From assembly GCA_964036045.1 (NCBI GenBank), contig OZ038378.1, positions 15,686,001 to 15,750,000 of the forward strand: 64,000 bases of DNA, read 5' to 3'. Of the stretch, positions 10,760 through 22,942 are shown in pieces. Position 1 is the stretch's first letter, and every line of letters begins with the position of its first letter. The notes below the pieces were generated by a model, which searched no databases, was not told the origin of the DNA, and saw nothing but the letters and a program-made list of their open reading frames with translations. The position numbers and the translations under genes were made by a program. This DNA comes from Eutreptiella sp. 'Long Island Sound 2002' (taxonomy: Eukaryota; Protista; Euglenida).

Positions 10760-13700
10760 GTGCTTCCCTCAGCGTCCGTACAGCACTGAATCCTGAATCC
10801 CCTGACCCCCCCGAGCTCCTGCATCACAGTCAGCCCCCTTTGTGCTGCTGGATGTTGGTTGAGAGGGCGGTGGGGGGGTTTGCCATTGGGGTAGGGGTCG
10901 GGGCTGCGGTGATAGGTTGACCCCCCCCCCCCCCCCCAGGCAGTGTAGCAGAACAGGTGAGAGAGCCACCGCGGCAGAGAGCACACAGGTGGGAAAGGTT
11001 CTGGTTCGCGGGATATCAGTGGTATTCCCGGCCGGGCGTCCTTGAAAGGAATCTGACGCCCTGATCCATGTACCCCCCCCCCCCCACCCCACAACGAGGC
11101 GTTGTGCCAAACCCCCCCCACCCCGTTGTAAAAGCCACGCCCTTGTCCAAGCTACAGCGGGCATATTAATTTGGGACCTAATTTAACTCGGTACCAAATG
11201 TTTAGCTCTGATTTTGGGAATATTTCTGCACTATATCCCCCTTTCTTGCACCGGCTCACCATGGAATCATCTCTTTTTGAACCTGGGCATCTACGGTCTT
11301 GTCCAAGCTACAGTAGGCGTAGGGACCGCATAATTTGGGACTTTTGCGTAGCTTTTACCAGAACAACCCCAACAAACACCAGTGACAGGTCAGTTTGTAG
11401 ATTTGGAGACATGTGCAAAAGTGCCCGGTGCCCCTGGCACCACCCAACTGCGAGTGGGACAACCCGACAGCCACAATGGGATGCAGGGAGCGACATGCTC
11501 CCCCCCCCCGGCGCCACACACCAGAAGCAGTGAGCATGCCAGCAAAAAAAGAAAGCGCCCGAAACTGGGAGCAACGCAAGCAGCAAAACAACTGGGCACA
11601 GGGCCGCCCCACACACGGCAGTGAGACGAGCCCCAACAGGACACACAACAATACACAAGGGAACCATGAGGTGCGAGCACTGCAGCAACCACCAAATGCG
11701 GCGCACGCCGAGCGAGCCATCAGCAAACACCCCCCCCCCTCCCTCTACAAGGTGCCCACGTACTCCACAAGGGCGGGGGCTGCACCCCGCGCGCCGGGAG
11801 GTGCCTGCCACGGGGGTGGCAACAGGGCTGTGACCAGCCAACCGCGCACGGGACAGTCCACGTCGTACGGAGATGTGAAATCCTCGTGCGGGGGGGCAGG
11901 CGGGTGGGACAGGAGGGGGTGCGCGACATGGGCACCCAGGAGCGCCACCAGACATGGGGAGGAGCAACACAGACACACAGAACGCGGGAGCCACACCAAG
12001 AGGGACAAGGGCGGGCACAGCAGACAAGGAGGAGGGGCACAGCAAGGCAGGAGAGGCAACCAGAACAGCGGGAACAGGGAACCAGAATGGAGGGGATGGT
12101 GGAGCGTGCGCATGGGAGGTAGCGACAATAAAGGGGATGGCTTGGCCAGCCAGCCCCGTCGCTACCGGGTGCCAAGGGCAACCCCTGCTCAACCGGCATC
12201 AGGTGGGGGGTGTGTCCCGCAGCCCAGATGGGCTGTTTGCGCAACAGGAGCGGGAGCCCATCAGGGGCAGACCAGCCGTGAGGGGGAAAAGCACATATGG
12301 TGGACGGCCCGGACAGCGCGTGGAGGAACAGGGCACCTGGGCCTCACAGAAACACAGCAAGGCAGGCTATGGACGGCCTGTGGACAGAGGCGTGTGGACA
12401 GCAAAAACAGTCAAACGACCCCGGCAACAACCAGCACATCCTCAATACGCCAATTATTGGGCGCCGCTGACGCCCAAACGGCACACCAAGCCACATTCAG
12501 CACAGCCCCATCACACCAACTACTGGGCTCCGCGAACGCGGAAACGACACCAGCAAGAGCACCGGCCACAGCGGCTGACAGACAGCAGCGACCCGATGCA
12601 ACATGCGAAGGGAAGAACGGGTGACCGTCCAGGGCCCCGTAAAGGAGCAACAACCAGACGGAATGTCACACAGGGGGTCGTCCACCGGCCCACCGCGAAT
12701 ATCGTGCTCCGGTCACATCATGCTGGTCCCATCCACACTCGCCTTAAAACGCAATACCGCAATACCTCCACACCTCCCCACGAGGCACCCACATCTGCTG
12801 CCAATGCGTGCCAAAGCCAACCGTCCAGCCCAGAAGCAGTATACAAATGGTCAACAATTTGGCGGCCTTTTAGACTGCCTCGCTCCGCAGCCGGGCTGAT
12901 GGCAGAGCTCCGATCATGCAATAGCAGCGCAGCAATGCACGCACACCACTATGCCCGGTGCCTTGTAACGGTACCGGCCGGAGCTCATCCACCTTTACGA
13001 TCACTAAGGCCATCGCCGTGTTCTTGCTCACGGGTGTCCTTTGGATGGGCTGTCCCTCGTCCCTCGTGCCATCAGTCGACAGCATCTTGACCCGTTCAAG
13101 ACTCCGTCTCCTGTTTACCACTTGCCCCATCCGTTCCCCCGTCCCCCTCGCTACAGGTGCATCATGAGACCGGGGTGCCCCACAGCAAATGGATCGCGGA
13201 GCAACGGCAGTATCAGCTCCGATACGCCGATCACGTGCTGCTGTTCTTGGACGCGCAGAGCGAGTGCCTCAGCCGCCGCCTCGATCAGCGGGTGGAGGGG
13301 ATGATGCGGCGGGGCCTCAGGCAAGAGATCGAGGCATTCAATGCGGCGCCGGGTCCCAGACGCCCGCCGGACACCTCCGCCGCCGTCGCGTGTGCCCCTG
13401 CGGAAGGCACACCCCCTGCGTCATCTGCTGCGCCGGCGCGTGCGGAGCCGTGTGCAGCGCCGGTCTCCGAGGCCTGCGGCAGCTCCGAGCGGTCCGATGC
13501 GCCGCAGGTGCCGTCGGGCTCACCGGAGGCCCATGGCTGTGCCTTCACGGACTTCACGCACGGGCTCCTGCAGTCCATCGGGTTCAAGGAATTCGAGCCA
13601 TACTTCAACGCGGCGAAGGCGCCCGATGGCGCGGAGCCGCGGGACGCAGGCGCCGCGGCGGCGGTGTGGGAGGGCTGTGTGGCCAGCCTGCAGGCCCACA

Positions 13701-14209
13701 CCCGCCGGTACGCCAACCGCCAGCGGCAGTGGGTCCGCAACCGATTTGCCGTCCACGCGCACGTGCGGCTCCTGGCGTTTGACTCCACGGGGGCCGTGGA
13801 GGAGGGGGTTGACCTGGACAGCGACGCAAGTTGTTGGCGCCGGAACGTGGTGCTGCCGGCGGCCGGGGTCGTGCGGGACCTGCTGGAGGGGGGGGACGTG
13901 CCGCGGCTGCACGCGGGGCGGTGCGTGCACAGCGACAAGGCGGCCGCATCCTTCGACAGTTGGAAGATGTACCGCTGTGATGACTGCGAGCGCGATATTC
14001 ATGGAGCCCTTCAGTGGGAGGCGCACCTGAAGTCCAAGGGACACAAAAAGCGCAAAGAGTGGGCCAAAAAGAAGGACATCATTGAGTTCTATAAGCGGCG
14101 GAGGCTAGAGGCTGCAGAACCCACGATTGCACGGGACGAGGCTCAGGGTGAGGCACCGCAGCCTGCGACTGCACAGGACCAACCTGGACCAACCCGACCG
14201 ATGGTCTGA
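10037..14209 (+). CDS. TRIT1: tRNA dimethylallyltransferase / isopentenyltransferase (eukaryotic TRIT1/Mod5 type), 2 exons, about 591 aa
   Basis: Exons 10037-10759 and 13157-14209 with a phase-0 GT-AG intron 10760-13156. Motifs: P-loop VIGTTGAGKS, INADVMQMFKGLDIITNK, PHHLLGFLD, VVGGSHYY, HPRNARKIKRSLQ, QSIGFKEF, TRRYANRQRQW, and a C-terminal zinc finger CDDC...QWEAHLKSKGHKK. Confidence 0.95.
12538..12676 (+). repeat. Dispersed repeat (SINE/MITE-like), copy 1, in the IPT intron
   Basis: GCGGAAACGACACCAGC...CAGCGACCCGATGCA.CA.GCGAAGGGAAGAACGGGTGAC.GTCCAGGGCC...GACGGAATGTCACACAGGGG aligns colinearly with 48539-48678. Confidence 0.85.
13157..14209 (+). CDS. TRIT1: tRNA isopentenyltransferase exon 2
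   Basis: Follows the pyrimidine-rich acceptor CCCCCTCGCTACAG; contains QSIGFKEF and the C-terminal zinc finger. Confidence 0.92.
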   Translation: MHHETGVPHSKWIAEQRQYQLRYADHVLLFLDAQSECLSRRLDQRVEGMMRRGLRQEIEAFNAAPGPRRPPDTSAAVACAPAEGTPPASSAAPARAEPCAAPVSEACGSSERSDAPQVPSGSPEAHGCAFTDFTHGLLQSIGFKEFEPYFNAAKAPDGAEPRDAGAAAAVWEGCVASLQAHTRRYANRQRQWVRNRFAVHAHVRLLAFDSTGAVEEGVDLDSDASCWRRNVVLPAAGVVRDLLEGGDVPRLHAGRCVHSDKAAASFDSWKMYRCDDCERDIHGALQWEAHLKSKGHKKRKEWAKKKDIIEFYKRRRLEAAEPTIARDEAQGEAPQPATAQDQPGPTRPMV

Positions 14210-14234
14210 TAATGTGCACAGGTTACGGATGTAG

Positions 14235-14750
14235 GGACCGGCTTGCACGGGGGCAGTGAGGGTCCGCTGACGGGATGTGGCCGCACGGGGGCACCCGGTC
14301 GCCGCATAGAGGCAGTATGCCATTGCACATGGGCCACGCGGCTGCATGGGGGCAGTATGTGACTGCACAGGGGGAGGGGCAACTGCACAGGGGTTTCCCC
14401 TGCATTGAGGCATTCCGTGCACTACCCTTCCCCCTTGCGCGGTGACCAACCCTTGTCAATGGCACTTTCTGCGACGCTGTTTTTCAAAAAAATGAAAAAA
14501 GAAGTGCTCCTGCCCCTGTGTAATTCCATACTGACCCCATGCAATCGCGCCGGTGTGAGGTTGCAGGCCATCCTAAGCAGTCATATGCTGCCCATCTGCC
14601 GTCACTCGGTGCCCGTATGCGGTCACTTGCTGCCCCTGTGCAGCCCCACACTGCCCCCATGTCACACCTCCTGCCCGTGTGCAGTCGCTTGCGGTACCTG
14701 CACAGTCGTGCCTTGTGCAGTCGCATGCTGCCCCAATGCAGTCACTCCCC
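14235..14750. repeat. Degenerate ~20-bp minisatellite (CTGCCCCTGTGCAGTCACAT-like) arranged as two inverted arms
   Basis: Minus-orientation units at about 14235-14400 and plus-orientation units at about 14505-14750, immediately after the IPT stop. Confidence 0.6.
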
Positions 14751-15904
14751 CGTGCCTGAGGTTTTGTGTGGATCGAGATTTGGTGTCGTGGGCAACTTCA
14801 CACTTCGCATCTGCGATGAACGGCCTGCAGGAGAAGTAGTCAGCAAGGAAATTGGATGGGACGTTGGGGTTATTGGATGTAATTTGGGTGCAGTCGTCAA
14901 GTGTGTGGAGACACTGCTCAGTGAGGGCTTTTAGCGGACCTCTGGCGATTTGCAATAGAACTGGAAGGGCCGCATTGCATTGGGGATGTGCTGCATGGGG
15001 GATTGGCATTGGTGGAGGGACACATGACATGGCGGATTGGAGGATGTTGTAGAAGGGATGGGACCGGCAGCTGTGGAGTCCCAGTCGACGTTGACACAAA
15101 CATAGGACTCAAAAACCTGTAACCTTGAGGGCCCTCAACCTCTTTGGCAGTTTAATCCTGACCCTGACCCTGTAAGCCCTAACCTCGTGAACTGCATGCC
15201 TTGTGAGGTGTCCATGTGCCCCCTCATCGGCCACACGTTTTGTAGTCGCTTCATCGTGACATTGAACCTGTAAGCCTTGACCTCGTTGAAAACAACGTCT
15301 CTGATGTCCCCCCCCTCCACACCCCCTTTCCAATAGGCAGCCTCTTAGCCCCACCAAGAACACCTGAGAGCCCGGACCCCTCCCCCGAGCATCAAACAAC
15401 AGCCGCAAGTCCCTTCATAGCCTGAGACGCACCTCGTAACCCAGAGTGCAGCAATCGGCAGTGGGCCTTTTGACGCCTGGCAAGACGGCTGTGCCCTGGG
15501 CTTTACCCCTGGGAGCACCCCTTTTGACAAATGTAGGGAGGATTCGTGGCGCTATCTATGTTCTGCATTGATATGTAAGCGCGGGTCTTGCTCTGTGCTG
15601 CAACCTCTTGTATTTCACTCTGCTATGCAACAAAATGTTCGACGCCTACTGGTGTTGTTGCACTGTCATGTCATTGCTTATGTTCTGTCAACTGCTGTGT
15701 CTGAATGAGGGGATAGGGATGCAGGGTGCGCACTGATTCACGCTGAGGTTGTGAGTGATTTTATTTGAAAGCCATGAGGAGAAACACACAAACAATGAAG
15801 TATGGTTTGCCCCCCCGCAGTATGTATCATATGCCACCCAAGTCAAGATAAGGTTTAGGGTCGGAGGATCTCAATCCACACCCATGAGACATTTGATAAC
15901 ACTC

Positions 15905-16690
15905 CGGGGGCGTACCGTGCGCTGTGCGCGCGCTGTGCGAAAAGTAGGCCATTCTCTACCACCGGTAGGCAGTTTTTTGGGTGTAGGATTGCCGCAGGGT
16001 ACCATTGCCATTGTGTATCCTTGTAGCATCAACCCTCCCCCTTCTTGCGTGTATGTACCCTTGCAAACGGGCACCCTGAGGCCGGTATATGGTGATACAT
16101 TCTCAGGGTGTCTGCCGCGGGGCATCATCTTTTGCTCTCATTTCTCAGACCCTCTATTGCATTCACCATGGACTTTAATCTTGGAGATAGGGTGTTCTAC
16201 ACTCGCTCCAATGGGGTGCGAGTTCCTGCCACAATGGTGGGGTTTGCGCCCGACGGATTAGTCCACTTGGAGTATTTCCAAGACGCGGTGAAGATGGTGA
16301 ATCGGGAGTGCAAAGTTGAGTCCATCTCCTTTGCCATCCAAAGTGCCGTCTCACCGCCCCCCTGCTCACGCAGCCCTTCGCCGCCGCCGAACGATCGGGG
16401 AAGGAGTCCATCAAAATCGGCAATTCCACCACCCCGTGCAAGCAGCTCGCTGCCACCGTGAAGACCTTGAAGGGTGGGCTGAGTTCGGTAAGTTCGGAAG
16501 ATTGGAAGGAAGTTATTGAATGGCTTGTTTTGGACATTGGATAATTCAGAGAACACGGCACGTTTGATTTTCGGAGTTTTGAATTGCTCATGCATGCTTC
16601 TAGAGGTGGCAAGTTTTCAGGGCTGTTACCGGGGTAAACACCGTAATAACTGACGCTGTGCGCGCGCTGTGCGAAAACGCCCCCTCCATT
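15905..16690 (+). mobile_element. Decayed transposon fragment bounded by GCTGTGCGCGCGCTGTGCGAAAA direct repeats, with a small Tudor/KOW-like ORF (16168-16461)
   Basis: Repeat motif at about 15914-15937 and 16655-16677. MDFNLGDRVFYTRSNGVRVPATMVG resembles an SH3-barrel N-terminus. A shorter relative lies at 22640-22942. Confidence 0.5.
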
Positions 16691-18369
16691 GAAACATTTG
16701 GGTGTTTGCACTGAGGTTAGGCAATTTGGCAGATAGTCATGATGCACTCTGGTTACCTTTGACTTCAGTGATCTCATTATCTTGCAATGCTTGGTTGAAG
16801 CATTGAAAAGAACGGGTTGGATGCAATTCTCCCGGGGAAAACATATTCAAAACACCTGTAATAGACACTCCTGCCTGTCAGACTGTCAGTATCGCTGTTG
16901 ACGGTTGTTGTTTCTTTGGTGGTGAGTTGAATGTAACCCCCCTTTCCTCTTGGTATACAACTGCTCTTGGCGTTAGTTGTGTATATTTCTTTGCTGTAGG
17001 TCGCATGCACTGTTTTTTATGGTTGGTCGCATGTGGGGGGGGAAAAATTATAATGGCGCCGATACACGGCGTACGGCAGAATAAAAGTCCATGAGTTATG
17101 TATTTTTTTTGCCGCAACCTACATCAAACGAAAAAAAAGTGCACGCGCCCTGCAGGCAAACCAAAAAAAAGCATGCAATTTACGCCTTTTTTATATGTGA
17201 CCTGCACAAAAAAAGGTGTACGTGACGTAAAGCAAAAAACAAAATTGAACTTGGCCAAGCTTTTTTTCTTGTAAAGAGGGCTTCGTGGCCTCTTTGATTC
17301 CTGCCTGCCTTTGGGACCCCCCAACGTCAAGGGTCACATAGCCATTTTGATTTCCTCCTTGTTTTGGGGCGTTCGCGAGACAGTAGGGGTTATGTAGCCA
17401 TTTCGATTCTAACCCCCCTTCTGGGCACCCTGAGACGAGAGGGGTTGCGTAGCCACTTTTGCCCACATTTGGGCCCCCTAGACGGCAAGGGTTGTGTAAC
17501 TAGTTCGCCCACATTCGGGCCCCCACGACGGCTATGCGCTCTAGCATTGTGGTGATGAGTAATTGAAGAAGGTAGTGATAGTGAATGGGGGAATAATCGG
17601 TTGCACAACGGTCCCCTTACACCCCAAAGGGGAAAACAACGAATACGTGATGACCATGCACATTTACGTTGTGGTGTGTGCTCAAGTCTCTTGCAAAATG
17701 GGCCCTGCGCTACTTTTTCTGGCGAGAATACTTGACCTTGAAGAGCCGAGCATAACAACAGGAGCCACTGGCATAGGCTCACCTGCTACAAGTTTGGGTT
17801 TCAGCTTGGCTGCCACCTTGAGGGTTTGGCACAACGCATGGTAGCAGCATTGAGAGGGGGCTTGGCAACGGAGCCCCTGTGATCTTTTTTTTTTGCCTGA
17901 AGAATTTCTCATGTGATGTGTAATTTCTCCTCAACAATGTGTGCCAAACCCCATATTTCACAAGCCACCCTTGCCGACATGGCCTTGGTGGGGCGAGGGT
18001 GGGGGCTGTGAGGGAATTTTTGTACGTTGAATGCGAATTGAATGAAGGTGGAGAGGGATGGCTCCATGCAGGTTGGTAGAAAGCGCTCCATGTAGGTTGA
18101 ACGTCGAGAGTGGAAGTGCTTTTTGGGACAGCGACAGTTTGTTTAGGAGAGTAGCATCATATGCAACTGAGCATCATGTTGCACTGAATTTGTGGTGCTC
18201 ATGCACATGCCTGATGGCAAAGAGCATCATATTGCAGTGAGCTCGTGCACATGCCCGCACATCTTTGGCACGTGGCATGTGCATGAAGTCTGCAATTTGC
18301 CGGAAACATGATGCTCTTTGGCATGTCGTATGTGCAGGAGCCCCGCATATGATGCTATGCGCAGCTCAA

Positions 18370-18660
18370 ATTACATGCTCATTTTGTTGATGCTATGGAT
18401 TGACCAACACCACCACCACCAGCATCGGCACCAATACAAACACCAGCACTCACAGCGGTAGCAGGAGCAACGGTAGCAGCAGCAAGAGTAAGAGAGACCC
18501 ATGGGGCAGCTGCATGACCCCAACAGTAACAGCACCAGTGCCAGCAACACCAGAAGCAGCCACGTCGACACAACAGCAACATCATCTTGCCAACAGCAAT
18601 AGCAGAAGCACCAGAAGCAGCAGCACCACCATCACCAGCAGCAGCATGGCATCAGCAGTA
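18370..18660 (+). repeat. CAG/CAA/CAC-rich low-complexity tract
   Basis: Degenerate trinucleotide repeats giving spurious Ser/Thr/Gln-rich ORFs. Confidence 0.7.
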
Positions 18661-19214
18661 GGAAGAGCAGAACACCATGATGCTATTGCCCTCATGCCCT
18701 TCCTTGTTTTTGAATGAGACACACGTAGAGTCGCGGCTGTTCTGGAAGGTTTGGGTTGTGGGATGCTTTGCTTCAAAATGGTGTGACCATCCGAATCTCG
18801 GGGCTTGCGCTTTAGGCTTGCCTCTGCCATTGGACCCCGAACATGCGGACTGGGCTGTCACAGCCCCCCGAAGGGCTGACATGGTCCATGGCGGGGACAT
18901 TCAGCCATTCAGGACCGACCATTGAGCCCCCTTTTCCAACTACCAGTATCCGCTTTGGCCGCTTTGGCAACTGCTAGTAACCGCTTTGGCAACTACGTTT
19001 GGACCTGCCCTTTGGGCTGCCTGTCCCCTCAATCCCTGGCCCAGAGCCCCTGCCATGTGTACACATTTCTCATAGGGCCTGTCTTGTGTTTGCAACGCAT
19101 GGGCAGCTCTGACTCACGGCCGGCCTCCGTCACTGAGTGCATCCCCGTCCCCAGCAGCTCAAGTTCAAACCCCTCCACAGGGCACTGGCTGCGCCAGCGG
19201 CGTTGGCTTCCGGG

Positions 19215-19325
19215 CATGTGGTGCTACGAGGGGTCGGTCTGCTCCAAAGACCGCCAGCGGAGCCTCGAGGGTTATACGGTGTTCTACGGGGGGCCCCAGA
19301 CCTGCAATCAAGCGGGGTACGCGAC
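19215..19325 (+). pseudogene. Possible degenerate RNase H remnant of a retroelement
   Basis: CYEGSVCSKDRQRSLEGYTVFYGGPQTCNQAGY loosely parallels the RNase H N-terminus (YTDGS...AGYGVFYG...N); catalytic Asp absent. Confidence 0.3.
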
Positions 19326-22300
19326 AACGTGGGGGTCAGAGGACCGCTTCGATACCACAGGCACATGGTATCAGCCCTAACCCAGACTCCCCATTAACGT
19401 TCGCCAGATCAGATGCGATCAGCAGGAGCTGGCCCTACTGAGTCGATTGAGGGGGCAGCGGCGGATCCCACTCAGTGGCACATGGTACCCGGCTGATTCT
19501 TAACGAAACCCGTTCCCCTGGCGGATAGTGGCATACATGGCCAGAGGGCCTCTGTCTGTCACAACAAGCGGGGCATGTGGCACTGGGTATGGGGCATGCT
19601 GAAAGTAAATGTTCAGGCAGTGACGGTGCGACACGAGGCTTCACTGGAGTGCCCATGACCGGACCCGCATCGGCACGGCATTCAGCCTCTCTCAACATAT
19701 ATTGTTGAGTAGCTGTGGTCTTCAGTGACAGACTGGAAGGGTCAGACACATGGTCTGAGATTATATCGCAGTCACTGTACCCTACCCGATGTATATTCAG
19801 GGAACAAATGTAAGGCTGTGGTCAAATATATCCGATGCCTCTGTCCTGGAGGCCATCCCTCTGTATTTTGTGTTGCTTGGCGACTGTCAAGCAACTGGCC
19901 AACCCTTTATGATCGGCGGGGTGGGGGCTTTGGGCTAAACATAGGACCCCCCCCCCCCCCCTGGCCTTGTGCAAGCAGCACCCAGTTCAAACCGCAGAAG
20001 GAGGTCACCCCTCCCCCCATGTCCAACGAACACTGCCGTTCAGACTGTGTCTTTTTGCGACCTAATTAATCAGGTACTTAATGAGGTTCTGGGCTTCAGA
20101 ACCGCTGCTGAAGGATTTGGGAAATGAGGGGTGGTTGTGATGTATCCTGCGGTGGGCAAATTGATAAAGCAGGATGTGAGGGAATGGCGTCCCTCAACTA
20201 CACAACCTGTGACAAGCCTGGAATTAATGGCACTTTTAACGGGGAGTTGGAGGGGGAGTATGCAATGTGGCAGAAGAAAACATCACGGGGCAGAACAAAA
20301 AAGTGGTGTCGATGACTCTGATAGTGACACTGATGGGCACTGCAACGTGATTTGGGGCCAAGGCAGGGCATGGGGTGTGGGGCTTGTGCCCTGTTTCTGA
20401 GAACACCCTGTACCTAAACCATGATTTGATGGAGGACAGTGCTGTCCCATCAAATCTGTCCGTCCCAAAGGTGCCTGAGCCGGAACGGGCTGCCACTTCT
20501 GCCCGTGCCAAGAAGGGCCCGAAGCCCGAGGGGCATGTTCAACTTTTCCGCATGAAGTGGGACCGCAACAAGGGCTTCTACTCTGAAACGTGCTAATTGG
20601 AAGCCTCAATCGCATTGTGTTTTGAATGGGCTGGGCAAGTTGTGCCTCGGGATGTGTTACAGTGTTTCACAATATTGTCGTGTGCACTGAACGGTGTGTC
20701 AAACAGACACTCCTGTTCGGACCGTATTTTTTAAGGGCCAAATTGTTCGTTGGACATGGCGTGGGGGGGTTTACTGTTTCCGTGACTTTATAGGACGATG
20801 CAGTTAACGGTTTGGTTTTTCTGTTGAGGTGGATGTCCTCCACATTGTCCTGCTATCCCCCTGTCCTCCTCCACCCACAGGAGACGCTCAGGTGTAGCAC
20901 TACACCCCACGCCCCCACATCTCCACTGCATCCAGAACTGTTGGTGTGGTCAGACCCAAACTTGGCGCCCAAGTGCCGGAAAATTTTTGCCTTCCCCTCC
21001 AATTGTGCTTGCACTTTTTTGGCTGCCCCCGCTTGTGTACTCCAAATGGTCAGAATGTGGTAGGGATGTCAAATGTGGGATTGAAGGAAGAACACTGACC
21101 CTCCCCCCCCCCCCCCGACACCCCCTACTTCGCAACAAGACCCCCCTTCTAATGGAATTCGAGAATTTCGAATTGAATGACCATGGCACCCCCGCCAGAT
21201 CCTGCAAGACCCTAAGCTCCAGCACCTTCCTCTTCCATGAACGGTAATGCTTTCATTTCACTGCCTGCACTTGTCTGTGGGTCAAAATTGTCAGAGGTCT
21301 GTGGGTATCTCAAATTTGCCGTGTTGGGCTATGGGTTGGCCACCTAACTCGTATCGGTTCTGTGTCAAGGTCGCCAGTTGACCCGTCTGCTCGCAAATAT
21401 TTAACCCTCAAGCGTTGCATGCATATCAAGGGCGTTTCCTTATGGTGGGTCCAATGGGAGTGTGGGGCTGGGGGTGGGAGTCAGAGGGCCTGCCTCTTTC
21501 GTAGATTTTTCGAGTTGCCGAAGAATTTTCTCATGTGGGTGGCCGGGGGGCCAAATCAGGTCAGGCAGGGTCCCAAAATGGCGCCCCCTTCCTCTCTCTT
21601 CCACCTCAAGTAAGGTACTCAAGAACGGTGATGGTGACTCAAATGTGATTTATAGCCCTTCGCCCCCCAGTGGAAGGATATCCACCAACTGATGACTGCC
21701 ATCAGCAAATCTTGAATGGTGAATGGGGGGCATGAAACCATTTGAGGGCTCTCTGGGTGAGTCTAAGGCAGCATTCGGTTGATGTCACGTGTAGTGTGGG
21801 GTGCCCTGCTTCATGCCCATTTGATTGCTTGGAGTAGAAGAAAGGTTGCGATGATGTGATGTGTCATGATATGGTGTGATATGACGTAATATGATATGAT
21901 GTGACATGACTCTGCTGCTGCCTCATTGAGGCCGTATGTCCTCCATGGGGGGTAAGGGCATGCCAGTGCGATGCTTTTGCTCTAATCTTCTTTCGTACTG
22001 GCCGCTGCTCTGTTGGTGTTGATTTGGATGCCTTTCTGCAGTTCCCTTATGGCTCTTAGTGTATTGAGACCTTCCTCGAACTAGCCTTTTTTTTGTTGCT
22101 ACTAGCAGCCACTTATTCATCTGCTGTCCATAGTGCGGGCCTGCTGCGTGCGTGCATGAGTGAGTGAGTGCGGGGGCGAGTGGGTGAGTGACCTACCAGG
22201 GAGGTGAGTGAGTCGGTTTGAAGGTGCTTTTTCATGTTTTGTCCAGTGCATTTGACTCAGGGACACCGTATCAGGTGGTCTGGACCAGCACGAAGCAGCA

Positions 22301-22639
22301 TGTGTGCACAAATGATGGCAAGTGAAGCTGGTGCATGTGCAACGTAGGAGGAGGAAGTGGAGGGAAGTGCATTGGTAGTATTGGTGATGTGCTGGTGATG
22401 TGCTGACGGCACACTGGCACTATATGTAATGCTGCAGTGCACCGCTGATGTTCTCGAATGCACAAGGTGCCCTGCTGCCCACAGTTAGACCCCAAAATTG
22501 TTAATTCCACCCAAACACAACAATCGGTCACCCATTTGTGATGCTACAGTCCCTAGGATCGCTTGTGGGCAACATTCCATGGTATCGCCATTCTACGCCA
22601 ACCGTGCGCCTGCACAGCGCGCTCAAGGCACCTCTATGG

Positions 22640-22942
22640 GGACGCACCGTGCGCTGTGCCCGTGCTGTGCGTGCACTGTGCGAAAAGTCAGCTGTTTTTC
22701 ACCACCGGTAGTCACGGGTCCCAGGGTCCTGAATTCTGCACCCTACAGCCTGCTGGTACACCATGGATTTTTTGTTTTAGTCTGATCCTTACCACGGGTC
22801 CCAGGGTCCTGAATTCTGCACCCTCGATGCTGTTTTGAATGGATCATGCACGCTTCTGTAGGTGGGTGGTTTGCAGGGGTGTTCCCGGGATGAACAACGT
22901 AATAATTGGTGCTGTGCGCACGCTGTGCGAAAACGCCCCCTA
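22640..22942 (+). mobile_element. Short relative of the 15905-16690 family, with an internal 33-bp direct duplication
   Basis: Shares GTGCGAAAAGT...ACCACCGGTAG at the left and CGTAATAA...GCTGTGCGC.CGCTGTGCGAAAACGCCCCCT at the right. CACGGGTCCCAGGGTCCTGAATTCTGCACCCT occurs twice (about 22712 and 22793). Confidence 0.6.

Noticed and set aside
13189-14044. Long overlapping and antisense ORFs over IPT exon 2 (similarly over 43445-44581, 43491-44366 and 50763-51736)
   Set aside because: Expected shadows of GC-rich coding sequence; only one frame carries recognisable motifs or host codon bias.
19700-21700. Short coding-looking stretches (for example 20124-20315, 20375-20596, 20987-21247)
   Set aside because: No recognisable motifs, no consistent splice-phase chain and lower GC3 than host exons; probably decayed TE sequence.
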